This document shows, piece by piece, positions 1-11,533 of a stretch of DNA of 32,758 nucleotides; positions within the stretch are counted from its first letter, which is position 1, and the number at the start of each line of letters is the position of its first letter. Made by a program: the position numbers and the translations under genes. This stretch comes from Octopus bimaculoides (Eukaryota), in the NCBI RefSeq assembly GCF_001194135.2, contig NC_068981.1:64808882-64841639 (forward strand), in the 5' to 3' direction. The notes below the pieces were generated by a model that worked only from the letters and a program-made list of their open reading frames with translations, made no database searches and was not told the DNA's origin.

Positions 1-39
<39 letters not shown>

Positions 40-41
<2 letters not shown>

Positions 42-1325
42 GATATGCAGGAAGTAAATAGACACCTTTAATTTTCAAAATCCTTTATTTAATATGCAAG
101 GTGAACAATTGAAATGTAATCGATAGTTAGGACTACATACTTTAGTTGACATTCCCTTTGTATTTATCTGACATTCCTTTTGCAGTTTTTATTCAGAAAC
201 TCTTTTTGGCATTGAACTGATGAGCTTTGTGATTGTCTCTTGTGGAATTTCTGCCCACTTTTCACGCAACAATGGAAACAATTCATCTTTAAATTTAGGT
301 TTCTGTTGAGTTTTTCGTATAGCTCTATCTAGTATGCTCCAAAGATTTTCAATTGGGTTCATGTCAGGAGATTGGCTCGGACAAGGAAGCTTTTTGATCC
401 CATTTTCAGTGAGCCATTGTTGATTCCTTTTCGCTGTGGCATGAAGCCCTATCTTTCATGAATAAAAACTCATTTTTCGTTATGTTATCGTGTGAATACA
501 TTGGAAGTAGACCTTGCTTAAGTATGTCGATGTATTTTTCAGAGTTTATGGTTCCAACACATTCGATCACCCAGAAAGACTATTGCTGGTGACAGCTCCC
601 CATACCATTACAGAGATACCACCATGTTCCACAGTTGGTTGGATTTCTTTTCAAATCAAATTCGTGATTGGAAAGCCTCCAGACCCAAACACGTCCACTG
701 TCTGAAAATGATGCAAATCTGGATTCATCTGAGAAAATCACACTATCCCAAAATAAACTGGATTTTTCTGACAACTCCTTAGCCCATTTCTTTCTTTTCA
801 TGATATTAATTGGTTGAAGGAGAGGTTTTCTTCTAACTGCTCGTCCATAATACCCAAGCTTATGCAGATATGTAACACACGTTCTTGGGCTAAGTTCTAG
901 CTGTTTTGCAATGTCAGAAGCCTTCGAACGGGGTTCGTTTTCCACAATTCTCTTGAAACAGCGAAGCTTCCTTTCCAAGGGCCCAGGTCGGCCGGGATGA
1001 GAATCTGTTGATTCTTTTCCTTGGCTTTTGAATCGCACTATAATTCTATTAACAGTAGCAAGAGGAATTTGAAGATTTTCGGCAATTTTTCGCTAGCTAA
1101 GAACCAGCCACAGATTGCCCCACAATACGACCTCTTTGAAAATCTGACGGTTCTGCTGAATGCTTTGTGCGTGGCATGGTTACTCTTCGCAAATGTCTAA
1201 TATAATGGCACCTGGAATGAAAAAGAATAATTACATTGTAAATTCTACACCGCTGGAAGCATATTCCGATGCTTAGATCAGAAATTTTGAAAATTAAAGG
1301 TGTCTATTTACATCCTGCATGTCTG
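40..1325 (-). mobile_element. Full-length, inactivated Tc1-family DNA transposon (~1.29 kb)
   Basis: Terminal inverted repeats: 39-80 acagatatgcaggaagtaaatagacacctttaattttcaaaa vs reverse complement of 1285-1326 acagacatgcaggatgtaaatagacacctttaattttcaaaa (2 mismatches in 42 bp). They enclose a Tc1 transposase remnant. TA target duplications are not cleanly preserved because the flanks are microsatellite. Confidence 0.92.
135..1177 (-). pseudogene. Tc1 DD34E-type transposase pseudogene (frameshifts and stops)
   Basis: Manual translation across frames: MPRTKHSAEPSDFQRGRIVG...RKIAENLQIPLATVNRII (HTH); ORF 580-1038 ...VIFSDESRF (first D); after a frameshift QPTVEHGGISVMVWG, FMKDRASCH (second D), CPSQSPDMNPIENLW (E), SMPKRVSE. 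These are classic Tc1 motifs. The end coordinate is approximate. Confidence 0.92.
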
Positions 1326-1348
1326 TCTTTATGTATGTATGTATGTAT

Positions 1349-1505
1349 GCAGGCGCACGCGTGACTGTTTGGTAAAAAGCTTGTTTCCCAAACACATGGT
1401 TCTAGGTTCAGTCCCGCTGCGTGGCACCTTGCGCAAGTGTCTTCTACTGTAGCCTCGACCTGGTGAGTGGATTTGGTAGACAGAAACTGAAAGAAGCCTG
1501 TCGTA
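1349..1505 (+). mobile_element. tRNA-derived CORE-like SINE, family A, 5' half only
   Basis: A-box-like gtgactgtttggtaa, B-box-like ggttcagtccc, CORE-like gcaccttgcgcaagtgtcttctactgtagcc, ending aaactgaaagaagcctgtcgtat at the internal microsatellite. Homologous to the copies at 7120, 9303, 22870, 30622 and 31322. Confidence 0.85.
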
Positions 1506-1507
1506 TG

Positions 1508-1870
<363 letters not shown>

Positions 1871-1935
1871 GAGTTCCATTATGCAAGGAAAGTGGTGTAT
1901 AGAAGTGGTGTGTGCGTGTACGTGTATGTGTGTTT

Positions 1936-1936
<1 letters not shown>

Positions 1937-1974
<38 letters not shown>

Positions 1975-2064
1975 CATACATGCATACATACATACATACC
2001 AAATACACAAACAGACAGACCGACAGACCGGCTGACCAACAGACAGACAGACAGACAGACAAAC

Positions 2065-2128
<64 letters not shown>
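1937..2128. repeat. Compound (GATA)n/(CATA)n/(GACA)n microsatellite
   Basis: Directly visible tetranucleotide runs. Confidence 0.95.
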
Positions 2129-2252
2129 GTCTTTTTAACATATATATTTTTTAACATATTTATTATTATCTTATGCTAGGAATCGATAATATTTCGTTCT
2201 TCTACTCACTACGCCTGGTTCTGTACCCAACACTGCAACTAAAATCACACAA

Positions 2253-2567
2253 ATGTATGTATGTATGCATGTATGTACTTTATGTATGTATGTATATATG
2301 TATGTATGTGTGTATGTATGTATGCACGCATGTATGCATATATGTATGTATGCGTGTGTGTATAAGTGTGTGTATGTAGAAATCCATGTGCACATAAATA
2401 TTTTACATAAATCACATTTATCACCATGAACAATAAACAAAAAATTTAGTCAATATAAAAGAAAAACATTATATGTATGTATGTATGTATGTATCCAACC
2501 ATATATACATATTTAGATATAGTTAATTACATATATATACTGATATACGTATATCTATATAGGAATA

Positions 2568-2625
<58 letters not shown>

Positions 2626-3120
2626 CAACCACATATAAGATTTATTCATATAGTTATATACACGTATTCATATATATTCATATATATATATTATATAAAT
2701 ATGTATATAGTATATATATATATAAATATTCATATATATTTATATATTATATATATATTATATATAATATATATATATATATGTACATATATATATACAT
2801 TATATATGTATATATATTATATATATATGAATGTGTATACATAAATATATATATAATATATATTATATATTATATATATATGTGTATATGTATATATATA
2901 TATTACATATAAGATATATATATATGAATATATATATAAATATGTATATATAATATATATATATACAATATATATATATATAATTATGTACATATAAATA
3001 CATGCATATATATATACATACATACATATATGCATATATATATATGTATCAACATGCATATATATACATTATGCATATACATATATACATACATACAAAC
3101 ATACATACATGCATACATCT

Positions 3121-3157
<37 letters not shown>

Positions 3158-3230
3158 TGTATATATAATATATATATATACACACATACCTCTATACGTA
3201 CTTATGTACATAACATATGCACATTTATAT
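2253..3230. repeat. Degenerate (TATG)n/(TA)n low-complexity tract
   Basis: Directly visible. It generates the YIYI/VCMY pseudo-ORFs. Confidence 0.95.
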
Positions 3231-3528
3231 ATTATACGCGTGACAGTTTTAAAACTATATTTCGGCAAACCTATAAATATAAGTAACAAGATCTTGTAGA
3301 CTTATCTAATTAAAAAGGTTACAATCTGTGATAGCTTCTGACGTCTGACTGATAAGTTAGAGAAAAGAGGCAATATCATTTGCAATGAGATGCCGTATCT
3401 CTATCTGCTGTTCAACTCTATATTGTACTTCTAATTTGTGGCTGAAGAAATAATCATATTGTTTTTGTGATTTATTGAACAGTTTTATAGATGTGAGCTA
3501 CGACGTGTAAGGGTTGTGTAGGTTGTGA

Positions 3529-3641
3529 TGGTTGGTTGGTCGGTCGGGTGACGTGTTGGTTGGTTGGTTGGCTGGTTGGTTGGTTGGTTGGTTGGTTGGT
3601 TGGTTGGTTGGTTGGTTGGTTGGCTGGTTGGTCGGTCGGTC
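3529..3641. repeat. (TTGG)n microsatellite adjoining an assembly gap
   Basis: Directly visible. Confidence 0.95.
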
Positions 3642-3662
3642 GAATTAAACGGCGGAGAGTGA

Positions 3663-4328
3663 NNNNNNNNNNNNNNNNNNNNNNNNNNNNNNNNNNNNNN
3701 NNNNNNNNNNNNNNNNNNNNNNNNNNNNNNNNNNNNNNNNNNNNNNNNNNNNNNNNNNNNNNNNNNNNNNNNNNNNNNNNNNNNNNNNNNNNNNNNNNNN
3801 NNNNNNNNNNNNNNNNNNNNNNNNNNNNNNNNNNNNNNNNNNNNNNNNNNNNNNNNNNNNNNNNNNNNNNNNNNNNNNNNNNNNNNNNNNNNNNNNNNNN
3901 NNNNNNNNNNNNNNNNNNNNNNNNNNNNNNNNNNNNNNNNNNNNNNNNNNNNNNNNNNNNNNNNNNNNNNNNNNNNNNNNNNNNNNNNNNNNNNNNNNNN
4001 NNNNNNNNNNNNNNNNNNNNNNNNNNNNNNNNNNNNNNNNNNNNNNNNNNNNNNNNNNNNNNNNNNNNNNNNNNNNNNNNNNNNNNNNNNNNNNNNNNNN
4101 NNNNNNNNNNNNNNNNNNNNNNNNNNNNNNNNNNNNNNNNNNNNNNNNNNNNNNNNNNNNNNNNNNNNNNNNNNNNNNNNNNNNNNNNNNNNNNNNNNNN
4201 NNNNNNNNNNNNNNNNNNNNNNNNNNNNNNNNNNNNNNNNNNNNNNNNNNNNNNNNNNNNNNNNNNNNNNNNNNNNNNNNNNNNNNNNNNNNNNNNNNNN
4301 NNNNNNNNNNNNNNNNNNNNNNNNNNNN
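3663..4328. other. Assembly gap (N run); other gaps at 14728-15457, 15964-16504, 17491-17850, 20972-21715, 27724-27753, 29330-29610
   Basis: Runs of n. Confidence 0.99.
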
Positions 4329-5305
4329 ATATAGAAAATACAAGAAAGACAGTTTGAATAAGACAGAGTAAATGCATGACTAAAGGAGTGGAGAAAGGTG
4401 GAAGAAATGTGAGACATAAAGGTTTTGAATCATAATTTGTCGACAGTGTTGAATCTCAGATTATTTTTCTATCTTCTAACCACGGAGAAGGTGAACATAG
4501 ATGTTTTCGAGATTTTATTCCTTTAGCTCAAATCTTTAGACTAAAGGACTGTTTTTATTACAGAGCGACTTTATTGAGAAATTCTTTCCAAGGAGAAATC
4601 GGCTAAGTTGGTATGTTCACTCCAGAATTTGTTTTTCGAAGAATAAAAACGCAAAAAGACATTCATGAATATGCCCAATAAGGATCGCGTTGTTTGTAAG
4701 GGATTGGGTTGGACAGTTTTCTGCATGGCATTAGCCTTTTCGATTCTAGAGTTAATGTCACATCTTCACAAACAATATCAAGGTAATGCTCCCACTGCTG
4801 ATTTCAGGCAAGCTGGCAAGGGGTCGGGAATCTTTTATCAGGCAAAAGAAACTTCATTTCTGAAAACTTGAGATTCTTCTACCAGAGAGGACATACCAGA
4901 GATAGAAAATAACGCAATCAAGCAGGATATGACAGTTGGTGATGAAATGTGATAAGAGAAAGGAAACAGAAAACGAAATATCCAACATCAACTGTAAATA
5001 GATATTCAGTACTTGACGATGAAGGTACTGAACCCATAAAATTATTATGTAATCAAATGGAGGCATAGATCTAATGAACTGATGTTTGTTATGGATGAAT
5101 TTTTTTGTTACTTTTGACATAGATAGCATCTAAAGATGTTGAATGTCATTCACATAATTCGTAAGGTTTCGTACCCGAACAAAATATCAACCCTGTAATG
5201 CCAGGATAACAGTAAGATTTGTGGACTTGCTAAATTTCACTCAGTGTAGTAGCACCACAGCAATCAGAGGATAAAGCATCTCCAGTAGTATTAAAGGATC
5301 TAGAG

Positions 5306-5589
5306 TAGTGGTTCCCAAAGTGGGCGGACTGCTCCCCTGGGAGCAGTGGAAGGATCTAGGGGGAGATGAAGAAAATTCGGGCGATAAAGGGGTGACCAAA
5401 AGGGGGCGATGGATGCAAAAACAATAAAATAATGGATTAATTAGGTTAAGTTTTATTTGTGAAATACATTTGTTTTGAATTTGCTGTTGAAAGTGATCTA
5501 TATTTATGGTGATGAGTTGGGGTGGTGGCGCTAGCAATGTGTCCCAGGTGCCAAGGGGGCGACAGCCCAGAAAGTTTTGGGAACCACTG
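5306..5589. mobile_element. hAT (Charlie-type) MITE, 284 bp
   Basis: TIRs tagtggttcccaaa / tttgggaaccactg (CAGTGGTTCCCAAA type). Flanking 8-mers atctagag (5298-5305) and atctagga (5590-5597) match 6/8 and fit the nTCTAGAn target preference of Charlie-type hATs. Confidence 0.85.
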
Positions 5590-5949
5590 ATCTAGGACGA
5601 TGTAAGATATCGTAACAGAACGACATGAGTTCTAATTGCCAGCGAGATATTTTTCATTTGTAAACGTCTTTTTGTGTTTTACATCTAACATATAAGCTAT
5701 GAAATTGTCTGTAATCAATCACTAGAATAAATCGTTTGATATGAAAGAAAGTGGTGTCACTTTTTCATATCTCAGGTAAAGTATAGCCATTTTTTTTTAC
5801 TACCGCGCAAAGATCTTCGGTAAAATGTAACGACCGAGAAAAGAATGCTCCTGGCTTACTACCTTCATTATGAGAAGCGCAATGGTGAGGTCAGGACGTA
5901 AAATGACTAATATGAGAATGGGTTGAAAACTTCATAGGCCGACTATGAA

Positions 5950-6420
5950 GGAGTGATGCATTAATTTTAACCCTTATCAATAAATGCATTATTTCTTTCG
6001 AGGTAACTTGACATCTGATTGTTCAAAGAAGACTTCAGAAGTAACTAGTAGTGACTTCTCTTGAAAATAGACAAAAGTTGGCATCGTGGTGTTATCAAGT
6101 ACCTACCTGCTTAGCTCCTAATGACGCTCATGCTGACATGGTTGCTAGCTTAGAATACGAAGAGTTTAAAATTACATTTATTGTTGTTCAGTTTCATATC
6201 AGATTTGCGAGTTTAGATAAATGTTTAGGTTCCTTTTTTGGTTTCCACTCATACTGTGATGGCATGAGAATATGCAAATATGCGTTCGTCCTTTTCACTC
6301 GTTTTTACCAATAAGATTGTCTATAATTCGCTGGAAACACGTAAAACAGTTTCCTAGGTAAACTTTAGGCGCTTAAACTGAAGCAATTGACATTTCTGCC
6401 TTGAAAGTGGTAAATATTTG
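5950..6420 (-). pseudogene. Highly degenerate L1/Tx1-like reverse transcriptase remnant
   Basis: In one frame, with stops: RQKCQL (6401-6384, cf. RQGCPL), FAYSHAITV (6278-6252, cf. YADD region), MKLNNNKC (6197-6174, cf. xKLNxxKC). The spacing is close to that of L1 RT. The catalytic DD is not preserved. Confidence 0.35.
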
Positions 6421-7119
6421 ATCAGAATGCAATGCAATGGTTGGCACTATAGAAATCGACGTTTGCTTAACTAATTTACGTTGACTAGCAGGTATGTGTC
6501 TCTCAGAAAGTGAATTTATTAATAGATTCTTATCAGTAAACTTTAAACACTCTTTTGCTGATACTGTTATTGACAAGGCGAGTTAACTGGCTTAACAATG
6601 ACCATCTGCGCAAACACTTACCGTCTTGAAGAGATGTAACTGAATGATAAAAGCGCTTCGAGGGTCAGATTTCTTTCAGAATTCAAAATCTCTTCTCTAC
6701 CCTCTTCGACAGAGATTACTGCACGATTTTCTGCCTGAGTCACAAATTGGGAAATCTTTCATGGCTATTTCTAAATAACCAGTCTAATGCGGGATTGAAG
6801 TTAAAGCTAGACTTTTCTTTCAATTGTCTGTCTATATATGGACAAAAGAGACTCTGGTTACGAAAGAATCACGTATGTATCTTTCTTCCATATATCAACC
6901 ATGACGCTTTTGCCGTCTGGATTTCTGACGAGATCATACCTTTCCATCAACAGATTCCGTGGTCATTTGTTTAGCGGGGAGCTGATATCGCATCTTGATT
7001 TCATTGACTGTCTGAATGAAAGTGTTCTTTTTTAACCAAATAACTGGTTAAAGTCTTGAATTAAAATCGAGCCCAGACGGCCCGGGTTCGATTCCTGGAT
7101 GAAAACGTTAATTATAAGA

Positions 7120-7279
7120 GCAGGCGTGGTTGTGTGGTAAAGAGTTTGCTTTCCAACCTCATGGTTCCGGGTTCAGTCCCACTGCGTGGCGCCTTCAGAG
7201 CAGGTGTCTTCAATTATAGCCTTCTGAGTAGATTGGTTGACGGAAACAGAAAGAAGCCTGTCGTATAAACATATGTGTA

Positions 7280-7347
<68 letters not shown>

Positions 7348-7579
7348 GTCTGTGTTTGGTCCCAGCACCGCTTGACATCCGTTGTTGATATGTTTCCGTC
7401 CCTGTGAAATAGCGGTTCGGCAAAAGAGGTTTATAGGATAAGTACCAGGCTTTAAAATAAGATAAGTACTTGGGTCGATTAGTTCGACTAAAATTCCTCA
7501 AGGCGGTGCCCCAGCATGGCCGCACCCTAATGGTTGAAACACATAAATGATAAAAAGAAATATAAAAGATAGAAGATTG
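7120..7579 (+). mobile_element. Full-length SINE family A with internal (GT)n
   Basis: tRNA-like head gcaggcgtggttgtgtggtaa...ggttcagtccc, CORE-like segment, (GT)n at 7281-7343, 3' module gcggttcggcaaaagag...gggtcgattagttcgact...ggcggtgccccagcatggccgca, A-rich tail. Possible TSD ataagag (7114-7120 / 7580-7586). Confidence 0.88.
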
Positions 7580-7733
7580 ATAAGAGGTCATCGCTAGGAT
7601 GGAATGTCGTGGGATTGTAGCCAGATTCACTGTATCATAGCTGGTTATGTATCCACATATATACGTGTGTGTGTGTGTGCGTACATATTAATCATACGTT
7701 ACGCAATCATCAGGTTTATAGAGTGACACTCGT

Positions 7734-7772
7734 GTTCCACAATCGACAACTGAGAGTTGTCGATTGTGGAAC
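7734..7772. repeat. Perfect 18-bp inverted repeat with 3-nt loop
   Basis: gttccacaatcgacaact-gag-agttgtcgattgtggaac. Confidence 0.97.
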
Positions 7773-7964
7773 TCAAAGGTCACGACATAAATGTGATGAA
7801 TGACTAACGCATTAAAGTACTAGTTTATTTGAATATTGTAAAATTGAAAGATTGTAAAAAATTGCAAATAATAAAACGTGAAAATCAGACTAAGTTGGAA
7901 TTTCTTTGATTAATATATTCTTCTCTACAAAATCATACAAACTCGGATATATATATATATATAT

Positions 7965-8146
7965 CATTCGCCAAGATAGATCGCTGACCACTACACACAT
8001 TTTCTTTTTTTTCCGTGTTCCTTTCTGTAGAAGAGCGTAGGCTCGAAACGTTAAAGACTTTCTCAACTCCTGAGCGTTATACTAATACATCTATTTGTTT
8101 TCAACACCACCTGTCTTCGTCTGTTATTTTTTTTGTGAATTCTCCC
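7965..8146 (+). mobile_element. Short hammerhead-bearing cassette (Penelope-like), flanked by TA repeats
   Basis: HHR-like fold at 8021-8056, T-rich tail, (AT)n immediately upstream (7947-7964) and tatata immediately downstream. Confidence 0.5.
8021..8056 (+). ncRNA. Minimal type-I hammerhead-like motif with a core substitution
   Basis: CTTT-CTGTAGA-A-GAGC-gtag-GCTC-GAA-ACGT-T-AAAG. Helix I CTTT/AAAG, helix II GAGC/GCTC, palindromic helix III ACGT. The core is CUGUAGA instead of CUGAAGA, and the triplet is GUU. Confidence 0.55.
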
Positions 8147-8769
8147 TATATATTATAACGCCTAGTTTTAGAATAGAGGCAGCTGATGAAGGAATAATTC
8201 CATAAGTGGCTTGTTTGTTTTCCTATGTGCTCGTTCTGTTGTCTGTAAACAAAGTCCATTTTGTCTTTATGTTCCCGTTTATTTTTCTAACGTCCTGTAC
8301 CCGAATATGCATCTATATATACATGTTGATGTAGGTATGTACATATATGTATGTATACATGCATATGCTTATATATCATTTGTATTATATATATATATAT
8401 ATATATATATAGCGTATAATGCCTCACTGTTCTTTGATAGGTCTGTCAATATCTACATTCTATTTTAAATACGAGCCTTCCTTCTCTCACTACATATCAA
8501 ATATTCACGCACCTTTCTAAATACTATTTCATTTGCCCCGACCCTAATTTCTTCACACACCGAGGTATACTGACCAGCTAGTTGATAGACGAATACTGCA
8601 TTCCACGCAACTTTTGCACACGCCATCAATTTATTTTAACACAGAAGATTTCGAAAACGAATGAAATATGACTAGTCTTATAAATACCATCAAGTCCCAT
8701 CAACACAGACAGAAACACACTAACACACAACCGCGCGTGCGCACATACACACACATAGATGCCCTCATG

Positions 8770-8901
8770 CAAACAAATACATATACATATGTATATATGC
8801 ATATGTGAGTGAGTGTATGAAAGATATGCATATATATATATATACATACATGTATATTATGTGTACACAAACACATACACACACATACATATATACATAT
8901 A

Positions 8902-8973
<72 letters not shown>

Positions 8974-9081
8974 TAATATGTATTATTATATATTTTATGT
9001 TTGTATGTACTATGTACGTACGTACGTATGTATGTATGTATGTATGTATGTATGTATGTATTTATGTATGTATGTATGTAT
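8770..9081. repeat. Compound (TA)n/(CA)n/(TATG)n microsatellite
   Basis: Directly visible. Confidence 0.95.
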
Positions 9082-9302
9082 ATTGCCGTTAATCTAACGT
9101 CACGAAAAATTTACATTCGTTTCTTGGCCAAAATTAAAATGGCGTCCAGACATACATTTCATCAACGTCCTGAACAAGATAAATCAATAAATTTGATATG
9201 AGTGTCCATCAACAAAATAAATATGATTCTATATCTCCTATTCCCCTACAAGTTATCTCAACTGAATGTTTTAACGTATATCGCATTTTAATCTTCTTCA
9301 CT

Positions 9303-9650
9303 CCAGTCTCGTTGCGTAGCACCTTCGGCAAGTGTCTTCTACTATAGCCCCATGCCGACCAAATTCTTGCATCTGTGTTTGTGTGTGTGCGTGCGTGCGT
9401 GCGTGTGTGTGTATGCGTTTTGTTTGTGCGTGTATGTTTATGTATCTGTTCCCCAGTTCCGCACCATCGCTTGACATTCGATGTTGGTTTGCTTACGCCC
9501 CCGTAACTTAACGGTTCTGTATAATAAGCTGACAGGATATGTAGCAGGCTTACATAAAAAATACTGGGGTCGATTCGTTCGATTAAACACTAGAAGTCGT
9601 TCCCCGCTGCATGGCTGCTATCTAATGACCGAAACAAGTCGAAGACAGAC
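9303..9650 (+). mobile_element. SINE family A, 5'-truncated and diverged
   Basis: gcaccttcggcaagtgtcttctactatagcc; internal GT/GCGT tract; gcttgacattcgatgttgg...ccgtaacttaacggttc...ggggtcgattcgttcgatt...gcatggctgc. Confidence 0.8.
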
Positions 9651-10025
9651 GATATGAGTGGTGGGTAGAGAATGGAGAGAGAAGGGAGGTTTTTTTCTTG
9701 TTACCGTTTCCTTAATGCATTTTATATAACTTTTTTTGCGTCATTTATTGTTAGTGTTTTTCATATTTCGATTGTAAATGTTTGCTTTTCAAAAATGTCT
9801 TTTTTTATTTATATGTTTCTGGCTGAATTGCTATTTGAATCTCGCTCAATATTGGCTTAAAATTTTACTTCTTGATGACTGCTGTCACTATTGTAGCTAG
9901 AATGTGTCTTTCTTGTGCTAGAGATATGGCCATTTTTGAAATGAAATGCATAAAGGTAAAGATGAATTTGGTTGAATTTGTACAATGAAATTAAAGTACT
10001 GAAACAAATACAGCAAAGCTTTGAT

Positions 10026-10236
10026 TCTTTTCTACTCTAGGTACAAGGCCCGAAATTTTGCGGGGGGGGGGGAACAGTCGGTATGATCGACTCCAGCATG
10101 CAACTTGTACTTAATTTAACGACCCTCGAAAGAATAAAAGGCAAAGTTGACCTCGGCGGAATTTGAACTCAGAACGTAAAGGCAGACGAAAGCAAAGCTT
10201 TGATCCTGATACTCTGACGTTTCTGCCCACCCAGCT
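10026..10236 (-). mobile_element. SINE family B (Meta-domain-like), diverged
   Basis: Reverse-complement homolog of 29765-29981: ttctactctaggtacaaggcccgaaatttt...cttaatttaacgaccctcgaaagaataaaaggcaaagttgacctcggcggaatttgaactcagaacgta. Confidence 0.85.
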
Positions 10237-10249
10237 CATTATTGATAAC

Positions 10250-10633
10250 AGTAATAATGGTGATGATGATGGTGGTGATGCTGACGATGGCGACGACGAC
10301 GACGACAACGACGGTGGTTGTGGTCTTGATTGTGGAGGTGTATGTGTAATAATGATGGTGATAATGAAGATGATGATGAAGGGGAGGCGGAGGACGGTGA
10401 CGCGGACGCGGACGGGGATCAAGACAATGATGGTGAGGGGATGTGTTGGTGGTGATGATGATGATATGCGGACCAGGATGATGAAGAAGAAGAGGATGAC
10501 GATGATGATGATAATAATAAAGAGGAGAAGGAGCAGGGGGAGGACGGGGATGAAGACATGGAAGACCAAGACAATGATGGTGGTGGGTGCATGTCTTGGT
10601 GGTGGTGACGAGGATATAATGATGATGATAGTG

Positions 10634-10678
<45 letters not shown>

Positions 10679-10685
10679 GTCATCA
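10250..10685. repeat. Mosaic GAT/GAC/GGT/CAT trinucleotide tract with an internal duplicated unit
   Basis: The unit gacggggat...caagacaatgatggtg...tgt.ttggtggtg occurs at 10411-10467 and 10543-10618. The tract ends in (CAT)n. Confidence 0.85.
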
Positions 10686-11500
10686 TTGCTTCAAATATTG
10701 GCACAAGGTTGAGTGCCCACATAGAAACGCACTTGTTTGCATGTATGAATTTCAATTGTTTTTTTGTTTTTTTTTGCCTTATTCTAGAACAAACCATAGT
10801 CTCTGTAAACCATGAGTTACAAAACTGTGTTAATACATGCTTGTGTTTAAACCTGTCTATAGTTTGGTAGCTTTGTTTGGTAGCTTGGGGGGGAATAGTC
10901 TAGATCTGAAGTCATTCATGTATTGCAGACTGGTAAACAAACGACTTTTATGACAAACAATTTATAGAGCTATTTATAATAGTTATATAATGTTATTTAC
11001 ATCCGGCGCCCAAAGCATAAATAATCCTTGCAACCCGACTGCACTTTTGATACCCATATACATATTTACTGAAGTTACAGATACTGAAATTACTATCACC
11101 ACTACCAACACCACTGTCTCATCTGTTACAAGTATTAAAAAGAGAATAAATAATGAGAGAATAAACTGAACTGAGCGATAAATAGGAGAATCCTCGCCCT
11201 TCTTAAATCATAACATATATATATATTAACTATTTAACAATCTAGTTGACTTACATTGGACGCGACGTTGGCGGTCTATGAATGCTCTGAGGGATCATGA
11301 CCAGATGACGTAGTGCTTCAAGTGATTGTCGTGTAATGCTATTTACATCCGCGGTACAAGGCCTTAACTATTTTTAAATTCCAAACTGCACTTTTTGATA
11401 TCCATATACATATGCTTGTTGATTTACTGATGCTGCGGCTACTGTCGTACTTGCTGCTGTTGAAACAGCCACTACTACTACCACCTCAACCACCACCACG

Positions 11501-11533
<33 letters not shown>

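Noticed and set aside
3472-4417. Long ORFs spanning N runs (also 14396-16868, 17362-18028, 20777-21880, 29256-29738)
   Set aside because: They are open only because N codons are not stops. Only the LINE-derived flanks at 15458-15876 and 16505-16815 are real coding remnants.
4380-5240. Possible LINE ORF1 remnant (NRYSVLDDE) on the plus strand
   Set aside because: One short motif only; all frames have many stops and no recognisable domain.
6051-6314. 87-aa plus-strand ORF, considered as an R2/NeSL-like fragment
   Set aside because: No convincing motif. The opposite strand fits RT motifs better.
7068-7100. Isolated B box ggttcgattcc
   Set aside because: No A box or cloverleaf; at most a scrap of a SINE head.
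9136-9148. YY1-like aaaatggcg (and ggccattttt near 9930)
   Set aside because: Short motifs expected by chance, with no promoter context.
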